DNA from: Minutocellus sp. GHC0000111
Lineage: Eukaryota
Reading direction: 5' to 3'
Assembly (NCBI GenBank): GCA_977018835.1
Contig: OZ361260.1
Location: forward strand, 1,674,001-1,738,000
Length of the DNA: 64,000 nt
Below are positions 1 through 11,180 of this stretch, piece by piece. The position numbers and the translations under genes are program-made. Numbering within the stretch: the stretch's first letter is position 1; each line of letters begins with the position of its first letter. The notes beneath the pieces were generated by a model. The model saw only the letters and a list, made by a program, of their open reading frames with translations, ran no database searches and was not told where the DNA came from.

Positions 1-1
1 G

Positions 2-484
2 AGAAAGCTTGGACTTGTGATGTTCGATTCCCCGGAAGCAAATTTCAGCTTCGGACTCATTTGCAACGGAGTAGATTCGATTGCGAATTTCAGTTGTGCT
101 TTCTCCGAGCTCGCATCGGAGTGCAAGGACACTAATGCACATCTCCCTGTGCGAAGCAATCTTGTCTTCCGCGGAGAGCCATCTTTGTCGCCTTTCGTCG
201 AGAGTCATTTCCTGAAAGCTGTCGATCAAGCTCATCTCAACGAATGGGTGGAATGACACTCGACGAGAAGTTGGTGTGGCGAGCGCATGCTTTGTAGTAT
301 CGGAGGCCACCTTGGTCATTGTGAGAGATGAATTTCTTCTTTGCTTCTTTGTAACGGCGGCCAGCAAGATATTGGAGAGTTGTGTCCCAAGCGACGAGCG
401 TCTTCTTGGCTTTGTTGACTTACTTCTTTTGGCTTCACTTGAAAATGATGCGTGGTCATCTATCGCAACTCTCTCGTCCCTCAT
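2..484 (-). CDS. Hypothetical protein, 5' part (runs off the left window edge)
   Basis: Hand-translated stop-free frame from ATG 484 to the edge: MRDERVAIDD...RRVSFHPFVEM...EMTLDERRQRWLS...ICFRGIEH. The V(R/S)F...W...CxRG(L/I)E pattern resembles a common diatom hypothetical family (from recall). Confidence 0.6.
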   Translation of the reverse strand, partial: MRDERVAIDDHASFSSEAKRSKSTKPRRRSSLGTQLSNILLAAVTKKQRRNSSLTMTKVASDTTKHALATPTSRRVSFHPFVEMSLIDSFQEMTLDERRQRWLSAEDKIASHREMCISVLALRCELGESTTEIRNRIYSVANESEAEICFRGIEHHKSKLS

Positions 485-1007
485 CGTTCTTGTGATGTTT
501 CAAGATCAAACTTACTGCACGGAGACTCTCCGTGCTTACTGTGCCAACGAGGAGGATATTTGTAGGACGCAGTCTGAGACGTTGCCGGCAAAGGCAAACA
601 AAGCTCGGACTGTGACTCTGGCCGGTAGCGATACAAGTGCAGCTCAAGTATTTCCCGAACGAAAGCTTAGGCCTTCAAGTGATCAATGACTTCTCAAACA
701 CACTCTTCGCCTCGTCGTCTCGTCGCCTGATTGATCTTCATTGTGATTTCCAGAGAATCCAATGCCGGTGCAATGACCATTGAAAAAGATGCTGCGTCTG
801 ATGACTATCTGACCGAGCTTTTATTTTATTTTAGAGGAAGAACCAGTGTCCTTTTCTTAGCCACGCGACTGACGACAGCTGGCAGAGCCTCTAAGGTAAA
901 CCCCCTTTCGTTTACCCGATAGCAACTCCTCTAACCTTTTGAAACAGGTCGAACTGTTACAAGTAGACGATTCCGCTTCAACACCATTTGGTTTGAAGAA
1001 AATCCGT

Positions 1008-2010
1008 CTAGGGGTTCCTGAGACATCGTTTTTTTGGCGTTTCCAGGACTCGAGGTTTGAGGTTTAGCGGAGAGGCTACCCCTCCGTTAGTCTCCACCAC
1101 CATTACCATGCAGTAACAACCGCGCAAGGCAGCTCTCGGCAGTGGACGAGAGTTAGCTGGGGCGCCATAGCAGCATTTCTGCTCGCGGAGAGGGACTTTG
1201 TAGCGTTCTACACGTTGCAAGTTACCTGCCTTGGTGTTAGACGCCGTGAACGAAAAGGTCCTAGGGACACCTAATTGGTGCTGACGCCAAGAACAAGGGT
1301 CGCGCAACGATCGAGGTTGACGACTCCTTGTACGTGGACGATGTGGCTTGGTTCTTTCTATTACGGCGCGATCTGGAGCTAGGCATGAAAGTAGGTGTTG
1401 CGCACTTTCGAAGCTTCGGTCTATCGATCCATGCTGGAACGACGAATTCGGAAGGAGAGGTCATAAAAAAGTCCAAGACTGAGACAATCTACTTCCCACC
1501 GAAGGCCGAGCGGAAGCTGCCCTACTCTACTTTTGTAGAGCAGACTGCGGACATTGCCATCGATGGTGAGCGCTTCATGTCCTTCTGCGAGAGGTTCAAG
1601 TGTCTTGGGAGCTGGATCACATGCGATCTGAGCGATGATTTCGATGTGAATTGCCGTGTCAACGCCGCTCGACAGCAGTTCTACGCATGGCGACTTGGTG
1701 TGTTCCAGAATCGAGACATGCCGCTAGAGATTCGCATCAAGTTCTAAAAGGCGGTCATTGTCAACACGCTTCTATGGGGCTGTGAGACTTGGGGCATGAC
1801 GGCGAGGCATAGACGCCAGCTTGAGAGCTTCCATCACACCTGTCTTCGATCTATCCTTCGCATTTCGAGAATGCAGAGGATCCGCAACTCGGAGATTCGG
1901 GAGAGGGCTAACATCTCGACCATGCGCGACATGTGCGAGCTTCGTCGAGCGCGACGTCTTCACAAGATAGCCCGAATGAATGCTCATTGGTGTGCTGGTA
2001 AGCATGGATC
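1008..2010 (+). mobile_element. Degenerate RTE-type non-LTR retrotransposon fragment (C-terminal RT region, with a possible structured 5' leader at 1008-1260)
   Basis: The frame from 1265 reads GHLIGAD...DSLYVDD (YxDD) ...KSKTETIYFPP...FKCLGSWIT.DLSDDFDVNCRVNAA...KF*KAVIVNTLLWGCETW...QLESFHHTCLRSILRI...RIRNSEIRER. In-frame TAA at 1745-1747. Truncated at both ends. Confidence 0.85.
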
Positions 2011-3578
2011 TATGGTGTCGCCTTTACCAAGAACTTTATCTCACCGGAGCGTACAACTCTGAATGGAATGCTAATTTGACCAGCGTCGAAGCGAGCACCT
2101 TCATCAGTACTTCGACTGGTCTTACATACACGATGCCGTTTGTTGGTGGCATACTTGCGGACGTGTGGCTCGGCGATTATTGGGTCATTGTAGGAGGTGT
2201 ATCTATATTTTATATTCCAGGCCTGCTCCTCCTTGCGCTTACGTCGTACCCGTACCTTCTTGGGGAAACATTCAACCTTGGCGCCCTGACGGCATCGTTG
2301 CTGGCCCTTTACCCGATGGGAGCAGGAGCCATCAAGTCCGTCGTCAATGTCATGGGTGCCAAACAATACCACCCAGTTCTCCAATCATCGTTCATCGAGC
2401 AATACTACATAAACTTCTATCTTTGCATCAACATCGGTGCCTTGGTCGGTGGTTTTGTCGTTCCGAGCGTTGTGAAACATGATGCCTTTGCTGCTTACAT
2501 GATTCCTGTTTGTGGCCTCACATTGGCACTCATCATATTCCTCCTTGGCACAAAGCGTTATATATTCTTATCAAAGCAAATGGCAAGGTCATGATAGACA
2601 ATCTCAAGATCATGGTCGGTTCATTGTTTTGCTGGTCTTCCAAGACGGTAGAGGGAGGTGGTGCTGGAGAAGAGAGTTCCCAAGCGAACAATCAAGCCCT
2701 CTCTGCCCGGCCTTCACAAGCTCAAGGAATCAAGTGGTGGAAAATACGACGATTCTTTCGTGGAGAGTGTCCGTAGATTACTCTACGTCATTCCCGTCTC
2801 CGCGCTGGTAATGCCCTTCACCCTCGTATAAAACCAGCTCTCTACCGTTTTCATTACGCAAGGCGAAGTTATGAAACCTGCTGGGCCATTTGATCCTGCA
2901 CTGATGCAAAATTTTGATGCAATTTCTGTCATCGTCTTTGGCCTCTTGGCAGGCCGTGTGTTGTACCCCTCCCTTACAAAACGAGGTATATACCTGCCAA
3001 TCGCCACGAAATATGCAATCGGTACTTCATTTGGTACCCTAGCCATTGCTGTCGTCTTGATCATTGAATATCAGATTCGCAAGGCTTATGAGGCCACCGG
3101 AGAACCCATCTCGATCATGTGGCAGATATTTGCCTATGTTCCAATCGGTGCCGCCGAAATATTTAGCATTAGCGCGGCCTATGAAGCTGCCTTCACCATA
3201 TCGCCAAAACAAAATAAAGGCCTCGCGTCGGCTCTGAATATCTTCATTCTCATTGGCGTGACAAACTTTATCGCCGTTGCCCTCTACAATGCATGCCGAA
3301 GCTGGTTTACCAACGATTCTGGAACGACCGACCTTAGCACTCTTGAACTGTACACCCAAGCTTCAGTCTATCGCTATTGGTGGTTGATGCTGGGCATTGC
3401 CATTTTTGGAGTCTTGTTGAATCTATTTCCTCCGATTAAAAACTGGGTCGAACAGACTGCGAATGCATCCAAATTTGACACAGCTCGGAATTCACTCGAG
3501 TACTCTCGCATGAGCAGGAATGTCCCTGTGAGTTCTGGCATCGATATCAGCCAGGGCGATGAGGAACCAAGGCAGTAA
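2011..3578 (+). pseudogene. NRT1/PTR (NPF/POT) peptide/nitrate transporter pseudogene
   Basis: Motifs include YGVAFT/ELYLTGAYN, PFVGGILADVWLGDY, GAGAIKSVVNVMGAKQY, FYLCINIGALVGG and GAAEIFSISAAYEAAF. The N-terminus with the ExxER motif is absent. Frameshifts lie near 2026, 2560 and 2652, with an in-frame TAA at 2829-2831. Confidence 0.85.
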
Positions 3579-3899
3579 ATGGCATGATATTGTTATATTT
3601 GAGAAGAAGTGCCCAGGTCAGTACCAGTAGATGGCCTGATATATCAGGGATACGATCCCGAACTCGTTCTGTTGTTTCATACCAAATCTTAGAGAGCAGT
3701 GCTAGTTCATTACATGATTATGTAAAGATTAAGTTCCTGTAATTGCAGCCGAATGACTAAGTTTGTTACATAGCTCTTATTGAACCAAACAGAAGAACAA
3801 CAATAACAACAACCTTGGCCCACCCGCTGCAAATTGGGGCCTGTTTTCTTTTTTATTATGATGCCTGATCCCATAGCGACCTAAACAAGGCAAACTTGT

Positions 3900-4355
3900 T
3901 TAGGCGACCATGGTAGAGGCGGTGGCGGACTCATACTTCCAGTTAGGAGGGAGCTTGCGGGTGGTACGGTAGTAACGAGCGAGACGGTGGATACGGGACT
4001 CGATGAGGATGAGACGGAACTTGGAGTCCTTGTCCTTGCGGTTGCGCTCAAGATGCTTGCGGACCTGGACGGCCTTCTTGATGAGCATGTAAAGATCCTC
4101 GGGGATCTCGGGAGCGAGGCCGTGGGCCTTGAGGATGCGGACGATCTTCTGGCCGGTGACGGACTTGACCTGGGCGATGCCGTTGGAGTCACGGAGGATG
4201 ACGCCGATCTGGGAGGGGGTGAGGCCCTTCTTGGCGAGCTTGCAGACGTGCTCCTCGACCTCCTGGGCGGAGATCTTGAGCCACGAGGGGGGAGTGCGCT
4301 TATAGGGGCGAGCGGACTTGGAGATGCCCTTTCCGGGTGCGTGAAGACGGCCCAT
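3900..4355 (-). CDS. RPS13: 40S ribosomal protein S13 (uS15)
   Basis: Full 151-aa [12 protein letters not shown]...[18 protein letters not shown] with strong C-ending codon bias. Probable 5'UTR intron at 4357-4553 (GTATGG...CTACAG, one base before the ATG). Confidence 0.98.
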   Translation of the reverse strand: MGRLHAPGKGISKSARPYKRTPPSWLKISAQEVEEHVCKLAKKGLTPSQIGVILRDSNGIAQVKSVTGQKIVRILKAHGLAPEIPEDLYMLIKKAVQVRKHLERNRKDKDSKFRLILIESRIHRLARYYRTTRKLPPNWKYESATASTMVA

Positions 4356-5250
4356 GCTGTAGTTTGGGTGGAACAGGTTATTTCAATCAAAAAGTTGAGC
4401 AAAACATGCAGAACGATAAAGATAAATCATCAAACAAGCAATTGCACTAGACCCAAGGAGGAGACGGCATGTGTTGCCTGCCTGCGTGCGTGCCGGGCGC
4501 CACCATGGCCAGCCACAGCCAAACAACCAAGCCCTCGCCAGGACCACCCATACCGAAAAGAGCCAGAAAATGCGGAAAATGAGAGAGCTCCCTCGACCAG
4601 CCCGAGCAATGCACGAAAATCTCAAGAATTCAGCGCCGCATCATGAAGACACAGTCCGATTCAGCAGTTGCATGAGGCGGTCGGGCATGGAAGAGGGGAG
4701 CGTCTCTAAAACTCAGCGATGCTTTTATCGGGTGGCTGGCTCGGTTGGATGGACCGACGGCATGATAAATGGCGACGACGCCCCATCATGGCGGCAGCGC
4801 GACGGCGGACGCATGGTCCGCCATTCCTCCTTGGTCTGTAATAGTGCAGCAGGCAGCAATCTCAATACACGAGGGTACCGAGACACCGACACAACTCACG
4901 CTCCAGTAAAGTTACGGTATCGACAACGACGAGAGACGAATTGTGAGATGGAAAAGGGATGGACTGGTGGTTTACCTCGTCACCCTTACTAACAAAAAGG
5001 CATAAATAAAATTTGGTTTCATGTTTTGACGTTTTTATCAAAAGCAGTAAAACCCCGTGCAGGTGGTGCTAATTTCCAGGATAAAATTAGTTACATTTCT
5101 ACTTTATATGTTACTTTAGCTCTATTACTGAATAAGAGTACAAAATGCCTATTCTCTAGATGTCTAAAAGGGTTATGAGTCACGTCGCCATTTTCCCATC
5201 TACCGCCTTACTTTTCCTGCACGTAATTTGTTGAAGAAGTCTATCCAACC

Positions 5251-6512
5251 ATGTACGTATCTGCGCCTGCCATGACCGCAATTGAAGAAAGGCCAAGGAT
5301 GGAAGGGAGAAGCAGATGTGGGCTGCGCTGCGCGGGCAGTTTGCTGGTCGGCTGACGGTGGCGTCGGCGATGGTCTCTCGGCACGTGCTCGAAGGTGCCT
5401 TGCCGGTTACCGCTGCTGCCCAGCTTGTCCGTCTCGGTTGGCAGCACTGGCCCAGCCAGCTCACTGGCGACAAACCCACGCCCAGCCACTCTGAATTCTC
5501 CCCGATAGCCTTGCGCCATGTGTTTGTTTGTATCGTATGTTTTGCTTTTTGTTCCATGTGTGCTTTCGAGCACATAATATTGCTTGACCATGACCATGCC
5601 CTGACATAAAAATTGCTTGCAAAACGATTGAACAACGATGATGTGGATGTACATTACCTCGCGTAATATCATCAATACAACACTCTCGTATAAAATCATT
5701 CTAATCCCACCGCTGAAACAACTAACAGGGCTCGCGGTCCCAAGAAGCATCTCAAGCGCCTCAATGCGCCCCGTCACTGGAACCTCGGCAAGATGGCCGG
5801 TGTTTGGGCTCCCCGCCCTTCCACTGGCCCTCACAAGATGCGCGAGTGCCTCCCCATCTCCGTCGTCCTTCGCGACCGCCTCAAGTACGCCCTGACCGGC
5901 AAGGAGTGCATGCAGATCTGCATGGAGCGCTGCGTCAAGGTCGACGGCAAGGTCCGCACCGACTTCAACTACCCCGCCGGCTTCATGGACGTCATCGAGC
6001 TCGAGAAGTCCGGCGACCGCTTCTGCCTCCTCTTCGACACCAAGGGCCGCTTCGTCCTCCACCGCATCAACCGCGAGGAGTCCACCTACAAGCTCTGCCG
6101 TGTCAACAAGGTCTTCATCTCCGGCAAGAAGATCCCCGTCCTCGTCACCCACGACGGACGCACCATCCGCTACCCCGACCCCGACGTCAAGGTCAACGAC
6201 ACCATCAAGGTCGACATTGCCACCGGCAAGATGTCCGACATCCTCAAGTTCGAGCTTGGATCCATGGTCATGCTCACCAAGGGCCGCAACGCCGGCCGCG
6301 TCGGTACCCTCCAGCACATTGAGCGCCACGAGGGCTCCTTCGACATCGTCACCATCAAGGACTCCAAGGGCAACACCTTCGCCACCCGACTTGGCAACGT
6401 CTTCGTCATCGGCTCCGCCAACCAGCCCCAGGTCACCCTCCCCAAGGGCCGTGGTATCAAGAAGACCATCCTCCAGGAGCGCGCCGAGGCCGAGGCCCGT
6501 GGCGAGCTCTAA
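5251..6512 (+). CDS. RPS4: 40S ribosomal protein S4 (eS4); exons 5251-5252 and 5729-6512
   Basis: Spliced product [18 protein letters not shown]...[14 protein letters not shown]...[12 protein letters not shown]. Intron 5253-5728 (GTACGT...CTAACAG) splits the start codon AT|G. Confidence 0.97.
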
Positions 6513-6917
6513 GCTGCGTGTCGTTGCTCTTGTCGGCGGAGCTGGTGGGCAGCTGGTGTGACAATTAATGGCACACATGTGCGAAGTTCCTTTTTTCTGT
6601 CGATAAAGTAACACATACATAAGAAAAAAAAGCAGCAAATCTAAACCAACTACCGGGTACGATGGCACTTGCTTTGTATTGTTTCTTATCGATATCTTTG
6701 GACTCGGATATGCCGAAAGGAAATTTCGTCTCCGAGCTTGTGAAACCATTTTGGTCTTTCGACTGAACTCTCATCTTTCACGATTTCGCAAGCAGATCTA
6801 TTGCGAACGTATACCCTTCGCTGTTGCATAAATCATCATGAGTGACAGACCTTGTACTTTGAGATCATATATGCAAGTAACAGAGAGGACTCAACCAATT
6901 CACCTTAACTTAGACTA

Positions 6918-9900
6918 CTATTTTTCGCCCTTGTCATTGGCCTCGTCAAACAAAGGTTCTCCCAACGAACGGTCACTTCGGTCGTGTTCGTTTTTGTAAA
7001 ACACAACCTCTTCGACATTCTCAAGGTCGGCATCGTCTTGCTCCTCGGCACCCTCAGAGATTGTTGCCATCCTCTGCGAGTATTCGTCGAAGAAACGAAC
7101 GAATCGGTCAGCATACAAGTCTGGATGGACGCAACTTGCGTCTTGCCATCCACCACCCTGTAGGCGACGCAATCTGGCCTCCACACGCTTGCGGATGTTG
7201 AACTGCTGAAGCACATCAATGATGCCCATGTAGAAGATTTTGCCCTCGTAGTACTGGATCTTCCCCATCTTGGCATCTACGCGTCGTAGGGGCAGCTCAA
7301 ATCCAGTGGTGTCCATGACAAGACCACCGTCCTTGCGGTTGGATATCGGAGTTACAAACTTTGGAGTAGGCCACTTTCGTACTGAGTCTCGGCTTGGGGG
7401 GCAGGAGCAATGCTCCTTGGCACTTTTATTCTTGGATTTGTTCTCCACGACGGCAGTTGCAGCATCGTCGCCTTCAAGAGCGTGGAGATCATCGGCACTG
7501 TCGTTACTATCGAGGCCATCGGACGCAAGCGGAACCATCCGGCGTCGACCGTGGACATTGTAAAGCCGATGGAATGGCCAGTACATTTGTTCCGTGGCCT
7601 CCTCTTTCCTGCGTTCTAGCTCTTCTAAGCCTTCTTGCAGTACTGCCATTTCCGAATCAAATCGATCCCAGTCATCGACGGAGCCGCCGGATGCAGTGGC
7701 ACCAGTGGCCATTTTCTTCCTAGTGAAGGTTCCCTCCAAGTAGCTGTAGTCATCGTCATCATCGTAATACATCATATCCATCGTACTGTAGGAAGTGACT
7801 GATCGATCGGATAGCACGCCATCGATACCGCCGCCAATAGCGCTGGGAGCAGTGACCTTGCTCTCCGATGAAAGCACTGGCTCAATTGGGGGTACAGGCA
7901 TCGAAACTACCGGGGTAGGTGGAGCGGGCGCAATACTTTCCGGCCCTTGCTTGTTGATCGACCCAGATTCGAGACCGTTGCTTGTCGGGATCGATTGGGA
8001 CTCTCCATTTTTCTGCTTTGGATCGCTCTCCCCAGCGTCGGAAAGATAGCTACTCTTTTTCTCAATACTGCTTGGATTGTCCCTGCGAATCGCAGCAGCG
8101 GCGGCTGTTGCTTCGGCACCTTCGGCCGTTGACTTTGGAAAGACGGTATTTCCGACAGCTTCGCCGGCTGCAGTGACAGCCTTGGTGGCTGGCCGATCTT
8201 TCAGTGTGTTGCCGATCATACTTCGCAGAGATGGCCCAGTCGACGAGGCCAATGACTCTGTATCAGCCGGGGCGCCGCCGCCGCCGCTGCCCCCTCCAGT
8301 GGACCGAATTGATGAATTGCGACCCACTGGTCCTTTTCTGCTTGTACTGGCCGAACTAATGGACGCTCCTCCAGACTTTCTCGCTGCTGCCCCGCCAGTT
8401 GAAGTCCCAGCAGGGATGTGGTGAACTCCAATGAGCATGGAATAGTCCATAATCTTCATCTCCTTGAGGAAGTTGCAGTCCGCAAGCACCTGTTCCCGCA
8501 TGCGCCCGCGAATCTCTGGTGGCAAAGCAAAGGCCGACTCGGGCAGACCGGCTCGAACGTCGTTGTCCTTCTTGACTTCTTCTCCGGGCTTGGCTTCTCT
8601 TCCCGTCACCGATCCCTTCAAGTCAAAGAAGTTCTGCAGATGCTTGTCAGTATCAAACACCGAGTTCATAATAATGAATTTGACATTTCGCCGCAAATGG
8701 TAAAGCTTGACGCGATACATTCCCAGAAACTTGGTCAAGAGGGTGTTGGGATTCTGACAGCAGTGGCGAAAGTAGTGGGGCAGTATCCGACGGAGGAACT
8801 TGGACTCGGCGTTGGTCATGGTCTTGATCATGTAGCGACCATCGTGACTGTAGAAGAAAAATTGCCCCGACTTGGCATTGGATATGAACTCGATGAAATT
8901 GGCGTTGCCACAAACGCTGGATAGGAATTCATACTCATTCACGCCAAACATCCGCCGAATGTACGCAAATGCCAAAGGAGAATAATCCTTGAACTTGAAG
9001 GTGTGCGACAATTTGTGAGGCGGCGTCCTGTCCGTTCCACGGGGTCGGAACTCGTACTTTTCCACCGCCATGAAATCATCCCCATCGAGCCATTGCAGCT
9101 GATGCCGATGCTTGTCGGTGCCAGTCAAGCTCGATGCGTTGGTCATGAGCTGCTTGTTGGTTTGGCTGATACTGGTTCGCAACCCGAGCATGACGGCAAT
9201 ACTCAGAGTGTACAGCTCGTGCTTGCCGTCAATCACCTTGCCCCGAACGTACGACTTGCGCTTGGCTAGCTTCTCCTTCTTGCTCTTTTTTCGTCGCAGC
9301 TGCTCCGACAAATGTTTGTCCAGGGATCGTGCAAAACGTGTTTCCTTGCTCCGGTGGGACTTGGCAGATTTCTCGCCATCTGGGGACGCAGGATGTGAAT
9401 GCCGCAAACGAGATAGGGCCGATTTGCCAATGCTGGGACTCTCCTCGTGGCCAGTCACAACGTCGATGGTAGTTGGGAAGTCCACAATGAGATCCATACC
9501 CGTGGCATTGAGGGGAGATATTGTGTCTGGTTCGCTGTCCCCGTCGAGAGCGGCAGGTATGTGCAGTGCTGGAGGGACAGCCGCTGCAGCCGCCCCTACA
9601 GCCCCGGCAACAGCTGCCCCAGCGCCAACGGCAGCCGCCGCTGCGAGAGCTGCATCTGCCGGTTCGACCTCTGTCTTTTCTTCTTCATCCCCTCTCAATG
9701 GCTTCGTCTTTTGGCCGGTACGAACTGTCGAGTCGAGCTCCCCGACATGGCCGTAGGGTACCTCCTCCTCCTCCTCCTGTACGGAATGTTCGCCAACCCC
9801 ATCGTCTCCAAGACCAGCGACTGGTTCCGCCGCAAAACTCACATGCTGCCGCCCGGGCAACTTCTCCGGCAGGCTCTGCGTTTCCAGGTCTTCCCCGCCC

Positions 9901-11180
9901 ATATCAGCACCAACACCAACACCTGCACCCCCCGCCGCGGCTGCTGCAGCCTTGTTGGCGGCCTCCTGGGACAGGTCCGAGCTCATGTGTCCCTCCTCGT
10001 CCTCCTCGGCCAGACTCATCAAATGTCCCGCATGGAGGGGATGGTCGGCGGGAAAGTCCCCGAACGAATTGCTCCGCTGTATACTGTTAGTATTGATGCC
10101 GTGCTCGGGCACTCTGGGCGGCTTGCCCCTCCGATCGCCAAAGGACGACCGGGCCTTGACCATGCCCATCCCCCTCTTGACGGCCCGGGGCAAGGTCTGG
10201 GCGTTGATGCCCCGGGCCGCCTTGTTGAACCTCGACACGGACACGGCCGCGTTGGCCCGCAGAGCCTCGGCGGCGGGACTGTCGTCGTCGATGTGGATGT
10301 CGACGGGGGCCAGCGTGTCCATGTCGGAGGTGGCGGCGCTGGCGGCGTCGGCCAGGGATCCCGTGCCTGCGCCTGCACCGGCCGCTGTTCCGACTGCGCC
10401 CGCGGCACCGGGATCGCTCGAGATGGAATGGCTAAAGTAGTCCGGCAAGCTCGCCGATCGATTGTGCGAACCGACGGCACTGGGCTTACCACCCCCACTT
10501 GATATTGCTTCGTCGCCGGACGTTGCTTCTTGCTCGTCCATCTTGGCAGTACTTGCACTTGCAGTACTGGTCTTGATGCCCCCTCGCTTGGGACTCTTGG
10601 ATGCCTTCTTCTTACTTCTACCACTCGCATCTGCTGCACCGCCACTACCACCAGCAGCACCGCCATCCGAAAAGGGCATGGGAGGTATCGCCCCCGAGGC
10701 GGCGGCGGCGTGCAACCGCCCTCCCTTGCCGGGATGAGCGGCACCGGCGTGCTTCTTGTGGGTAATCAACGGGGACGGCTGACCGCCGGTAAAACTTGCG
10801 GCATGCGACGAAACCCGTCCGCTGCCCGAGCTGGCGTCCATGATGTTGCCCGTCCCCAAACTCGTCGCGGCCGTGATGCTGTTGCTGCTGCCCGTGGCGG
10901 TGGTGTTTATTGTGGCGGTTTCGGTAGTATCCATTGCTGCATTCGCCGCTGCCTTGGCTGTCTTGGATTTGTCGGCCGCCGACTTCTTCGATTTTCCGCC
11001 TCCGCCGCCGAGGAGCAGCCCAGTTTTTAACTTGCCCTTTCGTTCCTTGTCTCGATTTTGATCTCGATCGGAGGAATCATTGGACAACACAGGAGTCACC
11101 TGCCGGGACAGCGAGACCGGCGCCGCCTCGGCAGCAGCGGCGGCGGCAGAAGAACCACTGCCCTCGGCTTCGGCGGTCAT
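6918..11180 (-). CDS. Phosphatidylinositol-4-phosphate 5-kinase with long low-complexity N-terminus and insert
   Basis: FKFKDYSPLAFAYIRRMFGV, KSGQFFFYSHDGRYMIKT, FDLKGS, KIMDYSMLIG, YMGIIDVLQQF, SCVHPDLYADRF. Confidence 0.95.
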   Translation of the reverse strand: MTAEAEGSGSSAAAAAAEAAPVSLSRQVTPVLSNDSSDRDQNRDKERKGKLKTGLLLGGGGGKSKKSAADKSKTAKAAANAAMDTTETATINTTATGSSNSITAATSLGTGNIMDASSGSGRVSSHAASFTGGQPSPLITHKKHAGAAHPGKGGRLHAAAASGAIPPMPFSDGGAAGGSGGAADASGRSKKKASKSPKRGGIKTSTASASTAKMDEQEATSGDEAISSGGGKPSAVGSHNRSASLPDYFSHSISSDPGAAGAVGTAAGAGAGTGSLADAASAATSDMDTLAPVDIHIDDDSPAAEALRANAAVSVSRFNKAARGINAQTLPRAVKRGMGMVKARSSFGDRRGKPPRVPEHGINTNSIQRSNSFGDFPADHPLHAGHLMSLAEEDEEGHMSSDLSQEAANKAAAAAAGGAGVGVGADMGGEDLETQSLPEKLPGRQHVSFAAEPVAGLGDDGVGEHSVQEEEEEVPYGHVGELDSTVRTGQKTKPLRGDEEEKTEVEPADAALAAAAAVGAGAAVAGAVGAAAAAVPPALHIPAALDGDSEPDTISPLNATGMDLIVDFPTTIDVVTGHEESPSIGKSALSRLRHSHPASPDGEKSAKSHRSKETRFARSLDKHLSEQLRRKKSKKEKLAKRKSYVRGKVIDGKHELYTLSIAVMLGLRTSISQTNKQLMTNASSLTGTDKHRHQLQWLDGDDFMAVEKYEFRPRGTDRTPPHKLSHTFKFKDYSPLAFAYIRRMFGVNEYEFLSSVCGNANFIEFISNAKSGQFFFYSHDGRYMIKTMTNAESKFLRRILPHYFRHCCQNPNTLLTKFLGMYRVKLYHLRRNVKFIIMNSVFDTDKHLQNFFDLKGSVTGREAKPGEEVKKDNDVRAGLPESAFALPPEIRGRMREQVLADCNFLKEMKIMDYSMLIGVHHIPAGTSTGGAAARKSGGASISSASTSRKGPVGRNSSIRSTGGGSGGGGAPADTESLASSTGPSLRSMIGNTLKDRPATKAVTAAGEAVGNTVFPKSTAEGAEATAAAAAIRRDNPSSIEKKSSYLSDAGESDPKQKNGESQSIPTSNGLESGSINKQGPESIAPAPPTPVVSMPVPPIEPVLSSESKVTAPSAIGGGIDGVLSDRSVTSYSTMDMMYYDDDDDYSYLEGTFTRKKMATGATASGGSVDDWDRFDSEMAVLQEGLEELERRKEEATEQMYWPFHRLYNVHGRRRMVPLASDGLDSNDSADDLHALEGDDAATAVVENKSKNKSAKEHCSCPPSRDSVRKWPTPKFVTPISNRKDGGLVMDTTGFELPLRRVDAKMGKIQYYEGKIFYMGIIDVLQQFNIRKRVEARLRRLQGGGWQDASCVHPDLYADRFVRFFDEYSQRMATISEGAEEQDDADLENVEEVVFYKNEHDRSDRSLGEPLFDEANDKGEK

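Noticed and set aside
4982..5173. piggyBac-like MITE (CCCTT...AAGGG) in the RPS13/RPS4 spacer
   Set aside because: Only short interrupted complementarity and no TTAA TSD.
5638..5716. C/D snoRNA in the RPS4 intron
   Set aside because: The C box is imperfect (ATGATGT), the D box sits next to the branch point, and I recognise no rRNA guide.
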